Program-made: the position numbers and the translations under genes
Notes under the pieces: generated by a model
The model's input: only the letters and a program-made list of their open reading frames with translations
Told to the model about the DNA's origin: nothing
The model's database searches: none
NCBI RefSeq assembly: GCF_009914755.1
Contig: NC_060935.1
Strand: one strand, 5' to 3'
Origin: the human T2T-CHM13v2.0 reference genome, Homo sapiens
Length of the DNA: 64,000 bases
Shown here: positions 37,775-54,877 of the stretch, piece by piece
How positions within the stretch are numbered: position 1 is the stretch's first letter
Layout of the letters: every line of letters begins with the position of its first letter

Positions 37775-38068
37775 AGCCAGGTGCCTGGAATCCTAGCACT
37801 TTGGGAGGCCAAGGTGGAAGGATGGCTTGAGGCCATGAGTTCAAGACCAGCCTGGGCAACATAGTGAGACCCCATGTCTACAAAAATAAAAATCAAAAAA
37901 TTAGCCAGTCATGGTGGTGCATGCCTGTGGTTCCAGCTATGTGGGAGGCTGAGATGGGAAGGTCCGTTGAGCCCAGGAGTTTGAGGTTACAATGAGCTAT
38001 AATCACACCCCTGTACTCAAGCCTGTGTGATAGAGTGAGACTCTGTCTCTAATAATAATAATAATAAT
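37775..38068 (+). mobile_element. AluJ with (TAA)n tail
   Basis: Alu consensus; flanking aattgcaattt duplicated. Confidence 0.88.
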
Positions 38069-38475
38069 GAAAATTGCAATTTCCTCTGACTAAAAACTAC
38101 CAAGAATCCGTGGCTCTAAGAAAGTCTTTGATCTTAGACTTGCCTGTATTCCTCATCTCTCACAGAGTCTGGTTCTACAGATGTCATGGGCTTGTTGCTT
38201 GTGGGTCTGCAGGATGTCATTTCCTCATATGAATACCCTTATTAATGGGTTTTGTGAAAAATTATCCACTTATTCAGTGTCCGGCTAAGTGCTGAGGCTT
38301 TCTTGCAGATTTACTTCCCTACAATATGCACCACAAAGTGCCAGCTTCCTGCTGTGTGCTCTCCTGACAATGGTGTTCCTTTCTGCCTGATTGGGACACA
38401 CTGCAGCTCTGTCCATCCTTGCTCTGATCCTTGTGTGATTTCTAAGGAGAAGTGAGATTTAAACTCCTTTAGCAG

Positions 38476-38961
38476 TGTAGCAGGACGAGCCGCAGACAAA
38501 ACTCCTTAGACACTGGATTAAAGAAGGAAGAGGTTTATTCGGCAGGGAGCATCAGCAGACTTGCATCTTAAGAGCCGAGCTCCTTGAAAAAGAAATTGTT
38601 GGCCTTTTCAAAGGCTTACAACTCTAAGGGGTCCACGTGAAAAGGTTGTGATAAATCGAGCAAGCCTGGGGAATGTGACTGGGGGCTACATGCATCAGCT
38701 AACAAAACAGACAGTTTTGCAATGCTTTTTCATACAATGTCTGGAATTTAAAGATAACACAAGTAGTTTAGGTCAGGGGTTGATGTTATTATTATTACTT
38801 TTTTAACTCCTAGGGCCAGGTTGTGGTGCCAAGGTTGTCTGGTTATTTATCTTACTTCTGTTTCTTTCCAACTTTTTGCTTTCTCTCTTTCCTCCTGTCT
38901 TGTGAACTAGGCAAGGTGGAGGGGAGGAGGGCAGCAGGAGTAGTAGTGGTCTCCTTCCTTA
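38476..38961 (-). mobile_element. Solo LTR2-family (HERV-E/Harlequin) LTR
   Basis: Minus strand begins TAAGGAAGGAGACCACTACTACTCC and ends CCTGCTACA; TSD GCAG on both sides. Confidence 0.8.
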
Positions 38962-38962
38962 G

Positions 38963-39272
<310 letters not shown>

Positions 39273-39674
39273 TAAGCATCCCATCTTGATGGTCATCCAA
39301 ACTAAAGATGAATCCTTCCAACTGGGCAGGAACATGGACAGTGTTACCACTCCCTGGTTGGAGCAGCTAGTGGTTTTCTTACCCAGTCTTTCCAAGCTCC
39401 CCAACCCTCCACTGCCTGTGTTGCTGATAAATGAGTACTTGCTAACAAATAAGTGATACTCAATGCCAAAAATATAAGAACTTACAGGAGAAAATTTTAA
39501 CATTGAATTAAATGCTAACTTCTGAGCTCCTTCAACCCCTTTTGCTTCTCTTTGTCCTATCACCAGATGCTTTTTTCTCTCTGGGTCTGACTCCTACACT
39601 CAACTATAGATGCCTCCAGGGAAACAATTTTTGTCTGGTTCATTTCTGTCTCTAGCACCCAATATGAATTTTTA

Positions 39675-40280
<606 letters not shown>

Positions 40281-40609
40281 CTATAGTACTATTGGGAAAA
40301 CTTCCTGATCCAGTATTTGAGAACCAGACTGTAGCTGTCTGCTCAAATAAACGAAACCAAATTAGATTGCTATAATTCATTTAAAAATATTTATTGAGTT
40401 GTTCTTCTGAGCTAGGTGCTGTCATTGGTATCCTGGGAGCTGAATTAGTTGGATCTAGGGATCTAGGGCCCCCAGAACACCCTAGCTCCTGGGGACATGC
40501 GATCTTGGTGATGGCTGCTTTGACATCCCTGTTCCTCAGCATGCAGGTGAGAGTGGAGAACAGGTGTGAGAATGGCATGGCATATACAGGGAGGGAAGGA
40601 TGTATTAAA

Positions 40610-40737
40610 GAAGAAAGAAGAAGAAGGAGAAGGAGAAGAAGAGGAAGAGGAAGGAGAAGGAGAAGAAGAAGAAGAGGAAGACGAAGAGGAAGAGGAAGAA
40701 GAGGAAGAGGAAGAAGAAGAAGAAGAGGAAGAAGAAG
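40610..40737 (+). repeat. (GAA/GAG)n trinucleotide tract inside the OR pseudogene
   Basis: Direct reading. Confidence 0.95.
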
Positions 40738-41487
40738 ACATGTACAACATTGCCCATGATGTGGAAGTCAAGGGGCAGGTCAGCGCTGTAGGCCACATAG
40801 GCTATGGCAATGGATGAGTAGTAGGTGCCCACTACCGGGAGATGGGAGCTGCAGGTGGAGAAGGCTTTGGAGCGTCCTTCTTGGGAGTTAATGCGAAGCA
40901 CCGAGGTCAAGATGTGGGCATAGGAGAGAAGCACCAGGAGAAGGGGGAGGAAGGACACCACCATGGCGATGCAGAAACCCATGAAGGTCTGGGGGTGGTA
41001 TCAGAGCAGGAGGCCTGGACCACAGCCAGATGATCACAGAAGCAGTGGTAGATGTCAGCAATGCTGTCAAATGCCATCTGGGAGGTCTGTACCACTGCTG
41101 GAATGGGCAGGAGGAGGGCAGTGAGCCAGGCACCGGTTGCCAAGACAGCATTGGTCTGTGGGTTCATGAGAACAGGGTAGTGCAGTGGGTGGCAGATAGC
41201 TACATAGCGGTCATAGGCCATGACCACCAGGATGAAGGCTTCTGAGCAGGAGAAGCTGTGGAACAGGTACATCTGTAGGAAGCAGGCAGGGAAGCTGAGG
41301 AAGTGGTCCCCAAGCAAGAACAGGGGCAGCGTCTTGGGGACGGTGACTGTAGTGGAGAGGATGTCTAGGGCTGAGAGGTTTATCAGGAAGAAGTACACAG
41401 GCTTGTGAAGGCTGGCCTCTGCCATCACAACCACCAGGATCTGGTCATTACCCACCAGGATAAGCGGATAGATTAAGAAGAAAATCA

Positions 41488-42037
<550 letters not shown>

Positions 42038-42402
42038 TCAGAGTTGGATGTCTGTAGACACACACTGGGAACATCTGGAAACCAGAGCAATCAAGGAAAC
42101 ATTCACTAGAACATGTATATTTTTCCTTTCCAACCATGGATCTCAGTCCCAACACTTTCTTTGTGCCAGGAATTGTATTGCACAGTTAAGATTCCCAGAG
42201 TGGTGAGATGTCTAACAACAATGGCAGAAAGAGCTGGTCCTGTTCTGGGGGGAAGAGAGGTGGATACAAACACCTAAGAACTGTCAAAGAGAAGGAGCAA
42301 CACTTACAAAGAAGTGGGGCCACTGTTAGCAGCTTCAGGGGCCCAGAGATCAATCCCACATATGGAAGCAGTTTCTTACCATTAGAATGACCCCATAATG
42401 AA

Positions 42403-43210
<808 letters not shown>

Positions 43211-44043
43211 ATTGCGGTGTTGGTGGGCAAATTTAACCTATTGGAGAGAAAAAAATCTGAGAGGCATCTGCTTGTGTTCAAATGCCAATTAAAAAATCAA
43301 GTAGCTCTTTTATTAGTTCAAGTAGCTCCTTTAAGGATGTCTGGTTTTTAGCCCAGTTCCCACTAGCACAGGTGAAGTAATCTTCTAGGTATGGTAATGT
43401 TGATGACTACACTTACCAGGTTTTGCCCACTCTAAGCACCAGGATCTTGACTGTAGTCATTTGACATAAGTCCATCCAGTCCAGCTATGCCTGCACGATT
43501 CCTGAATGGCGTTCTTTATCTTGGGACCTTGTGAAGACAGCAGAATCACTGGTTGGCAGTGAGTAAAGCTAAACTCTAGAGTGAAAACTATGTCGTTCAT
43601 TCTAAGGTTCCCTTGATGGTGTGTTCCTCTCAGCCTGGAGGATTGTCAGGGGCCACTGATAAAGACTCCTAGCTCATGAGCTCTAGGGAACTGCTGGGAA
43701 AACTTCTTTGGGGATAGCCGGAACAATGGCTTCTGTCATGCTCTGGATTCCATTCCTCTTCTACGCCCCGCTCTATTCTCATCTCACTCTATCTGGGTCG
43801 GAATGTTATGTCTGAATCAGTGCCCTTTGTTTCAGTCTCTCCATTTCCATTCACATGAGAATTCCTTTTCTGTGATATCTTTCTCTTCAGCTGCTTCCTT
43901 CAAGAAGCACTTCAAAATGCTGTCTGCTTACCCCAGAAATAGCTTCCTCTTCTGTGTGCCTGTACAGGGGCTTGCTCTGTCTGTTTCTTTCTAGCCTGGG
44001 TGCCCTGGGACCTGTCTTTGTATCCTTTCTCTTTGTCATATCA

Positions 44044-44136
44044 TACAGTGACCAACCATATTGATTTGCCCAGAACTGTCCTGGTTTCAGCACTGAAAGT
44101 CCCATGTCCTGTGAAACTCCTCTGTTGGTCACTCTC
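44044..44136. mobile_element. MER81-like hAT MITE
   Basis: Terminal inverted repeats gtgaccaac/gttggtcac around an agcactgaaagtccc core. Confidence 0.65.
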
Positions 44137-44137
44137 A

Positions 44138-44375
<238 letters not shown>

Positions 44376-44999
44376 TAAAAATACATTTTTTTAAAGCTGA
44401 TAGGGGAGCTGATCTTGGTCAAGGCTACACAGAGAGCTATTGGCAGAGCCACACCAGAAACCAGATGCCTGCTCCCTGTTCAGGGCTCCCAGGTGTCCTC
44501 TGTGGGAGGGTCCCTGAAGCTTGCCTGTCTGGCAGCCCAGACAATACTGGGAGCTATCCATGTTCACATCTGCTTCCCTCACCAGACTAGGCGTTCCCTG
44601 GGGCCTGGGATGTGTTCTGACCCCTCTTCTACAAAATCAACATGTCAGTGGGGTCTGGGCACCTGGTTTCCCAGTTTTCCACAGGCAGACTGGACCATGA
44701 CTGTCCTAACAACCTCAGAGCTTTCTGTCCAGTGCTGCTGCAGAATCAGACAACACTAGGCTCTATAGAGAGCTCCTAGTCCAGCTCCTGTATTGCTGCT
44801 GATAGGCAGGGGGAGGCCCAGTGTGAGTTCTGACCCAGCCACAGTCACACAGATGGCAAACCAGCAGCATAGCCTGCCTGCCAGGAATGCTCTAAATCAG
44901 AGCACAAAGAGTTTGGCCCAGATCCCTTCTCTTAGAGCCCCTCTCCTAGCGGGATGAGGGTCCCTAACTGCCCACCTCCCCAGACGCTGCCCTCCCAGA

Positions 45000-45400
45000 G
45001 CCTAGCCCCTCCTTGGCTATGGCTGGCTTTGGGCACTTCACTTTCAGCCTTCATGCCCGAGACCTCTGCAGGTCAACCCAGCTCATCTGCCCAACCCAGG
45101 CCATGCCAGCTGCTCCTTCCTCTCCCGAAGTCAGTGCTGCCTCAGTGGGAAGAACCAGGTTGGAGCTGAGCCTATTTCCATTAAACTCCCAAGCTCTACC
45201 CCTTCCTGGCCTGCTGGGGCCTTGACCCCCAGAGGTTCCCTTTTACTGGGGCCCTGAATAATATTTTCTGGGGACCCCCAGGTGGCTGGTTAGCAGCTAC
45301 CATGGGCTTTGCTGATAATTAGAACAACAAGATTAATAGTGCTTAGTGGGACACAGAACTTTATGGTCTATGGGGACTTTCCCATGTGTGGAGCAACCAT
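45000..45400 (-). promoter_or_regulatory. Candidate OR promoter module, copy 3, about 3 kb upstream of the OR pseudogene
   Basis: gggaagaaccaggt at 45147, ttaaac at 45181, ggcctgctggggc at 45208, tgggctttgctgataat matching copy 1, TAATTA at 45316, cagaacttta. Confidence 0.55.
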
Positions 45401-45709
45401 TGGTATCCACATGTGGCAGATGAGGAAACAGGCTCAGAGGTGAAAGGGATTGCCCAAAGTCACACAGCAATCCAAACACAAGTCAGGATAGGAAGTCTCA
45501 GATTTCCTAACCCTCACTCCAGCCTCTGCACCAATGACACAAATGAAAAAGTTAGTGAAAATTTTCCGTGTAAATGTAAAAGGCTGTGCTATTGGTTGGT
45601 GGGACCCCTCAAGTGTATTGAAGCTGGAGGAACAAGCATGACAGAACAGAGAGCCACTCAGTCTCCCAAATCCTCACTCTCTTGCTCACTCTTGATCGTT
45701 CTTAGCGGC

Positions 45710-46249
45710 TGATATGGTTTGGCTCTGTGTCCCCACCCAAATCTCATCTTGAATTGTACTCCCATAATTCCCACGTTTTGTGGGAGGGACCCAGTGGGAG
45801 ATAACTGAATCATGGAGGTGGTTTCCCCTCTACTGTTCTCTTGGTAGTGAACAAGTCTCATGAGATCTGATTATTTTATCAGGGGTTTCCACTTTTGAAT
45901 CTTCCTCATTCTCTCTTTGCCTGCCACCATCCATGTAAGACGAGACTTGCTCTTCCTTGCCTTCTGCCATGATTGTGTGACTTCCCCAGCCAAGTGGAAC
46001 TGTACGTCCAATAAACCTCTTCCTTTTATAAATTGCCCAGTCTCAGGTATGTCTTTATCAGCATCATGAAAAAGGACTAATACAGTAAATTGGTACCGAT
46101 AGAGTGCGGCATTGCTGAAAAGATACCCAAAACTGTGGAAGCGACTTTGGAACTGGGTAACAGGCACAGGTTGGAACAGTTTGGAGGGCTCAGAAGATTG
46201 CCCAGTCTTGAGTATGTCTGTATCAGCAGTGTGAAAACAGACTAATACA
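45710..46249 (+). mobile_element. Internally deleted THE1(B-like) MaLR provirus
   Basis: Complete LTR 45710-46084, start of internal region 46085-46197, then the last ~52 bp of a second LTR; TSD gcggc/gaggc. Confidence 0.85.
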
Positions 46250-46429
46250 GAGGCCTTATAATTCTAAGCCCGACCTCCTCCAGGGAGCCTTCTGTGACTT
46301 CATCTTCCTCCAGGCTCCAGTGCTCTTTCTCTCCTCTGGATTGACCAGGCCTGGCTGCCAATGCTGCCATTTTAAAGATTAAGATAACTGAGGTTCGTTT
46401 TTCATTCCACATTGAATAAGGCTGGCTTT

Positions 46430-48100
<1,671 letters not shown>

Positions 48101-48107
48101 ATGAGAT

Positions 48108-48949
48108 GTGTCCTAGGCAGTTCAGGGTTTTATAACAAAATACCTTAAACTGGGTCATTTGTAAACAACAGAAATTTATTGCTCACAGTTCTGGAGGCTG
48201 GGAAGTCCAAGATCAAGGTGCCAGTGGATCCAGTGTCTGGTGAGGGCTGCTCTCTGCTTCATAGATGGCACTTTCTAGCTGTGTCCTCACATGGTGGAAG
48301 GGACCAACAAGCTCTCTCAGGCCTCTTTTATAAGGGATGTAATCTCATTCAAGAGGGCTTTACCCTTACAAACTAATCACTTCCCAAAGGCCCCACCATT
48401 AAACACCATCACCCTAGAGGTTAGGTTTGCTTTATTAAAAAAAAGAAAATTTTTTTTGTAGAGACAGTATCTTGCTATGTTGCCCAGGCTTGTCTTGAAC
48501 CCCTGGCCTCAAACAATCCTCCTGCCTTAGCCTCCCAAGTAGCTGGGAGCTGAGACCATGCCTGACCTTTTAAATTTTAATTTATTTATTCACTCATGCA
48601 TTCATTTTTTTTTTTTTTTTAGATACAGGGTCTCACTCTGTTGCACTGGCTGGAGCGCAGTAGCACCATCATAGCTCACTGCCTCAAACTCCTGGGGTTA
48701 AGTGATCTTCCCGCCTCAGCCTCCCATATAGCTGGGATTACAGGCACATGCCACTATGCCCGGCTAGTGTTTTCCATTTCTGTAGAGACAGAGTCTCACT
48801 ATGCTGCACAGGCTGGTCTTGAACTCTGGGCCTCAAGCAGTTCTCGCACCATGGCCTCCTAAAACGCTGGGGTTACAGGTGTGAGCCACCACACCTGGCC
48901 AAGATTTAACATATGGATTTTGAAGGTCACAAACATTCAGACCATAGCA
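48108..48949 (-). mobile_element. MST/MLT1A-type MaLR LTR interrupted by two minus-strand Alus (48448-48567, 48605-48900)
   Basis: Contains gaaatttattgctcacagttctggaggctgggaagtccaagatcaagg and ends cagaccatagca. Confidence 0.7.
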
Positions 48950-49401
48950 AGAAATCAGGGGGAATTTTGTTGTACTTTAAAAATTGGAGATATTTTAGCA
49001 TATTTCCCACAATTCGTGGGTAGGAAGCAGCCAGTAGAGAGTGAGAGGATGAAGAGGATGGTCAATAGAGGAGGAGGAGGAGAGCTTCTGAAGCCAGTGT
49101 CTGGGCTCCCAGTGGGAGTGGGAGACAAGAGAGTAGAAAGAGTGCAGTAAAGGTCAGTGTGCAGATCTGGCGCTGCAGGGGGACGGCCTATCCTCACTTA
49201 AGACTGGAGTGGTAGGAGAATTTTGTGAAGATATTGAGACTGTAGAAGTGTTTGTTCCCCATTGAACGGGACTGGGAGGCAGTATAGTGGTTAAATGCTC
49301 CGATCTTGGTGCCAGACTAATTTGGATTCAAGCCTGGCATTTAGCTCTCTGAGAATCTGTTTTCTCTTCTGCAAAATGGAGGATTGATAATCAGGTATTT
49401 C

Positions 49402-49576
49402 TTTTTTTTTTTTTCTTTTTTTTTTTTTTTTTGAGATGGAGTCTTGCTCTGTCGCCCAGGCTGGAGTGCAGTAGTGCAATCTCTGCTCACTGCAACCTCC
49501 GCCTCCCAGGTTCAAGCAATTCTCTGCCTCAGACTCCTGAGTAGCTGGGATTACAGGCACCTGCCGCCACGCCTGG

Positions 49577-49608
<32 letters not shown>

Positions 49609-49724
49609 TATTTTTAGTAGAGACGGGGTTTTGCCACCTTGACCAGGCTGATCTTGAACTCCTGACCTCGTGATCCACTCACCTCGGCCTCCCAAAGTGC
49701 TGGCGTGAGCCACCATGCCCGGCC
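49402..49724 (-). mobile_element. AluS with long T linker
   Basis: TSD atcaggtatttctt. Confidence 0.9.
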
Positions 49725-50309
49725 TCATCATCAGGTATTTCTTAAGTGCAAGCTCTGAGCTGGTGTAGTGCAGGTTGAGAAGAGGTAACAGTCACAAGCA
49801 GACGTCATAAACATTTCATCCAGGTTGCACAAGCCACTGTCCCTCTCCTGGGACCATGGGGAAGTCCAGACACTCACAGTCCATCCACTGTCTCCCTCCA
49901 CAGAAATCGGAGAGGCACGGAAATGTCTTCAGCAGGAGCCCGTGTATTTCAGGAATACTTTTAAGCTAAGAACAAAAAAATAGCCCAACCCTTGAAGTTC
50001 CCCCTAAACCAGAGGCTGGCTGCCTGTGCCCTGTCCTGGCGCTGCTCTGCCCTGGAAACACTGGGAACGGTGGAGCTCTGTCTCTCTGTCTGGCCCCTAC
50101 CGCCCTCACTCCCCCAGGTGTGCGAGGCTCCGACAGACGCGAGAGGCTGGAAAAGGAAAGTGCCAAAGGGAGGTTATGAATATGTCCAGAGAGAACCTGG
50201 GCCACCTTACCGACCATGCAGAGGAGGCCATGGAGCTCAGGGTAGGAGAGTCCAGAATGTGTCCCCAGTGCTGGGCCTCCGGCATACTCATCACCGCCAC
50301 CATCCTCGC

Positions 50310-50327
50310 TGCCACCAGGGGGCAGTG
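50310..50327 (+). promoter_or_regulatory. Strong CTCF motif
   Basis: TGCCACCAGGGGGCAGTG closely matches the CTCF core, in locally CpG-enriched unique sequence. Confidence 0.65.
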
Positions 50328-51163
50328 TGGCCCCAGCGCAAGGGCATCAGCTTTGGGGGCCAAACGCACCTGGTCTCAAATCTCAGTTCCACGTACCACC
50401 TGTGTGTCCTTGGGCGCGCATGACTTCACTTCTCTCTGCCTCTGTTTCCTCTTTGGGAATGGGGGTAATAATAATGGCAACATTGGCTCGAGTGAGGTTT
50501 AGTGAGCTACTCTATGTGAGAGCTCTTTGCAAATCATCAGGTGCCTCAGTGCAATCGCCACCACAGCCACAGAGATTCCACCCGCTGGATGCCTTCCCCT
50601 CTGAGGTTTCTCACCCTGCAAAGCCTGAGACTCTTGCACTCAGTTTCTCTTTGGGATTATGCCAGTCCTGTGACAGGTGACCCTGGGTTGCCCCCATTCT
50701 TAGTCCAGTGTCTGAGAAGGGGAAGAAAAACTCCATTTGCATTGGAGCATTGGAGCAGCTCAGATGAGTGAACAGGAGGAAGGCTGCAGGCAGAGGAACT
50801 GGCTGATGGGAAGCTCCTCGAGTGAATGGCCAGCCTGCTCGATGCTGGTCAGCCAAGGACACGTGGAGAACTAGGGTATGACTGTGAGCACGTGTGTATT
50901 CTTTCAGGAGGAAGCAGGGAACACTTGGGTGGTGCTGGGAGGGATTGGAGGTCGTCCTTATCAGGTGAAGGATGGATCTGTGCTTATCCAGTGGTAAAAG
51001 GCAGGAAGGGCATTTGAGCTGAGGGAACTGTGCATATGCAGGCGCCAGGGATGAAAGTGCAAAAGGTAGGTTATAGGTGTGTGGTGATGAGCAGCAAATG
51101 TTAGGCTAAGAAATAGGCTTTGCTCTGAGGAGAATGGCTGGGCACAATAAGATTAGGGTTGGG

Positions 51164-51448
51164 AGCTGGGCAAGGTGTCTCACACCTGTAATCCCAGCAC
51201 TTTGGGAGGCCATGGTGGGAGGATCACTTTAGCCCAGGAGTCTGAGACCAGCCTGGGCAACATAGCAAGACTCTGTCTCTACAAAAATAAAAATAAAAAA
51301 AATTAGCTGTGCATGGTGGTGCATGCCTGTGGTCCCGGCTACTTGGAAAGCTTGAGGTGGGAGGATTGCTTGTTTGAGGCTACAGTGAGCTAGGATGGCA
51401 CTACTGCACTCCAGCCTGAATGACAGAGTAAGATCCTGTCTAAAAAAA
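51164..51448 (+). mobile_element. AluJ within an L2 remnant
   Basis: Alu consensus; TSD aagattag(g/t)gtt. Confidence 0.88.
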
Positions 51449-53361
51449 AGATTAGTGTTTGGAAAGATGGCTCCAGTAGAATGTGGAGGATGGATTAGAA
51501 CTAGGGAGACGGGAGTCACAGATGATTAAGGAGGCTGTGCAAGGGTTCTACAGGAACAAGGAGTGGTCTTTGAATTTAGGGAGAAGAGGGAATAAGACAG
51601 ACAGAGAAATATGAAGGCAGAGTTGCCACACAGGCTGCAGGGATGGGGGCTGACTCTGAGGAGATGGGAGGGGCTCAGAACAGGGACCAGGGAGGGGCAG
51701 GTTTCCAGGCAAATGGTGAGCTCTCTGCTGAGCCGGAGCTGGGGTTCAAGCCCCTCCTGTTGTAGGAGGGAAACCTGAGATTTGACAAGGAAAGTAAAAT
51801 GCCCAGGGTCAGTCAAAGGCAGCAGCTTAGTACTTGGATCATTCTGTATTCAACCTCATGGCTTAGGGACCAGTGGATAATGACTGAGTCCTCAAATTTG
51901 CCCTCTGAGACGGTTAAGTGCCATGGTTAGGGGCTTGGACTCTGGGGCCAGATTGTCTAGGTTAAGATCCTGATCTGCCTCTTACCAACTGTGTGACCTT
52001 GGCAGGTCTCTCTGTACCTCAGTTTCCTCATCTGTAAATTGGGGATTATAATAGGTTGTTTGGAGCATTAACTGAGCTGATACAAGTGCTTAGAACAGTG
52101 CTTGGCAAATAATGAGTGTTAGTCATGATCATTGCATCCATTTTGAAGAAGAAACTGAGGCTTAGAAAAATGAAGTATCTGCCCCATGCCACACAACTAA
52201 TGTTGGCCGAGTTCCAGCCTAAGCTACTCCAAAGACTTGACTGGTTTGCTTAAGCTAACTGCTTGCCACCGCTGGCTCTTTCTGGAGGATGGTTGATGTC
52301 TTTAACTGAAAAGACTAGAGTCCCCAGCTGAAGGACTCTTAGGAGGAGATTCTGTGGCCCTCTAAGCATCCTGTCTGGACCCAGCTCTGATTCTGACACC
52401 ACCATTCAGCTTGTTTGCTGGAGAGATCCACTTGCTCCCCTGGCCAGAGAGCAGGCCAGAAACCAGGATCCATCAGGGAGGCCTGAGGCCTGGTCTCTCC
52501 CCTAGTTCCACCTAGGGGACAAAAAAAAGACATGCATTTAAATGAGGACAGTGCCACTTGGAAGGTGAGATGATTTTAGACGCGCATGCCAGGAACAGTT
52601 GGAGTGAGTGAATCTTGGAAGTGTGTGCACAGAATGTGGGGGGCGGATGATGTGTTGGGAGCATGATGTGAAAAGGAGAGAATCAAGCAAAACGCAAACT
52701 GTTGTGCTCTGAATAAGCAACACTGATGGAAGCAAGTTAGCCTGCTCCAGCCCCTCCTGAGAGAGCTGGCACACAGGCAAGTTAGGGTGTCCTACCCTGG
52801 TCCAGACACCAGAGAGAATCCACCTTGCCACGTGGTTCTTATGTGAGCCACTGCGGAGGCCCCGCCCAGCTGAGAAGCAGCTGCTTGTGTTCTGCTTCCT
52901 GCCTTCCCCATCCCTAGGCTCATAACCCAGCAGCAGAGGAAGTGACTCATCTTCCCAGATGAGATGGGCGGCATGCTTCCCCAGCAGCTCTCAGAAAATC
53001 TGCCCGAGCCACAGAAATGAAGCCGGGCAGCGGTAGGCTGTGGGTTTCTAGAGATCACTCCATGTGGTGCTGCTGCACTGACTTTCCAGAGCAGCTTCCT
53101 CAAGAGAAGAAAACAATCGTAACATTGCCTGAGTACCTATTACCCACCTGTAAGCACATGCAAAACACATTCAGTGATTAGTTCTATCCGTCAGATGAGA
53201 AAACAGAGGTGGAATGAAGAACATATGAATCTGAGTCTCCGTTTGGAAAGATGAGGGAGGTCTGGAGATGGATGGTGAGGATGGTTGTACAACAGTGTAG
53301 ATGTACTTCATGCCACTGAATTTTACGTTAACATTTTATGTTATATATACTTTACAGTTTA

Positions 53362-53674
<313 letters not shown>

Positions 53675-54573
53675 CTAAGAATTAAATAACACAGCTACTA
53701 AGGGGGGAAGCCAGCAGTCACACCCGAGAAGTCCTACCCCAGCGCCTTCCTTGCTCTAAACACTCCTGTAATGTCTCATCTGCAAGTGAGGATAGTGACC
53801 TGCAGAAGATGTGATTGGACAGAGAGACAGGGGCCACTCAGTGTCAGGCTGAGAAGGATGGTCTCTCCTGGGGTTACTGAGAGCTGGGTCAGGGTTTTAC
53901 ACAGAAAGGGGCATGGTAGGATTTAAGGGTCAGAAAGTTCCCTCTGGCTTGCAAGAAGATGGGCTGGTGTGAAACTGGAGGTAGGAAAGAGGCCGGGGCA
54001 TGGCCCAGACAAGAGCAGTGGTGGGCTAGGCCAGGACAGGGCTGCAGATTTGAGAGGCTCGTGAAGTGGAATGGACAGGTGGGGAACGCGGGCAGGCAAT
54101 GACTGCCCTAGCTGGGTTTCTTCTGGCCCACCCAGTTCAGCCTCTGGACAGTGGTCCTTCAAGGTCCCCTCCCTGACTGAAGCCTCAGAGGAAAAGTCAG
54201 GGCACAGGCTTCCTCTCCAGCCCCCAGGGGGCAGTGTTGCAAAGTCTTTAGGGAGCAGGGCCCTTCTTCCAAATTATCCACGGCCTGGCAGGGGCTTGCT
54301 CCCATCGCGCATTTGCCACCCCCACTCACCCCATCCCCAACTCCCACCCTCGGCATCCCTCCCAGCCTTTGCTGCACCACCCCTCTCCCGTGTCCTCTCT
54401 CCAAGGAGACACATTAATAACTGTAATCCCACACTTGACACTTTAGGAAAACAGTGGCGCAGCCATTAGCTCATGTGGGCCATGAGCAGAATGAGACTCC
54501 AAAAGACAGGGGCAGAGCAGAATGAGACTCTTCCCCCAACCCCCACCACCCCCATCCCCAACCACCATTAAAA

Positions 54574-54877
54574 TTTTTTTTTTTTTTTTTTTTTAGAGAC
54601 AGGGTCTCGCTCTGCTGCCCAGGCTGGAGTACAGTGGTGCGATCATAGCTCACTGCAGCCTCCAACTCCTGGGCTCAAGGGATCCTCCCCACTTCAGCCT
54701 CCCCAGTAGCTGGGACCACAGGCATGTGCCACCACACCTGGCTAATTTTTAAATTTTTGGTAGAGACAGGGTCTCACTATGTTTCCCAGGCTTGCATCGA
54801 ACTCCTGGCCTCAAGTAATCTTCCTGCCTCGGTCTCCCAAAGCACTGGGATTGTAGTCATGAGCCACTGCACCTGCA
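54574..54877 (-). mobile_element. AluJ
   Basis: Antisense Alu consensus. Confidence 0.9.

Noticed and set aside
42211-42225. Reverse-complement near match to the gccattgttgctaga motif of block A
   Set aside because: Opposite orientation and no flanking similarity; likely chance.
49992-50680. Overlapping 117-158 aa ORFs in a GC-rich patch
   Set aside because: No homology recognised and they run into MIR sequence; the region is better explained as regulatory (CTCF motif).
54484-54530. 16-bp direct repeat GAGCAGAATGAGACTC (also a 21-bp duplication at 23014-23059)
   Set aside because: Small local duplications with no evidence of function.
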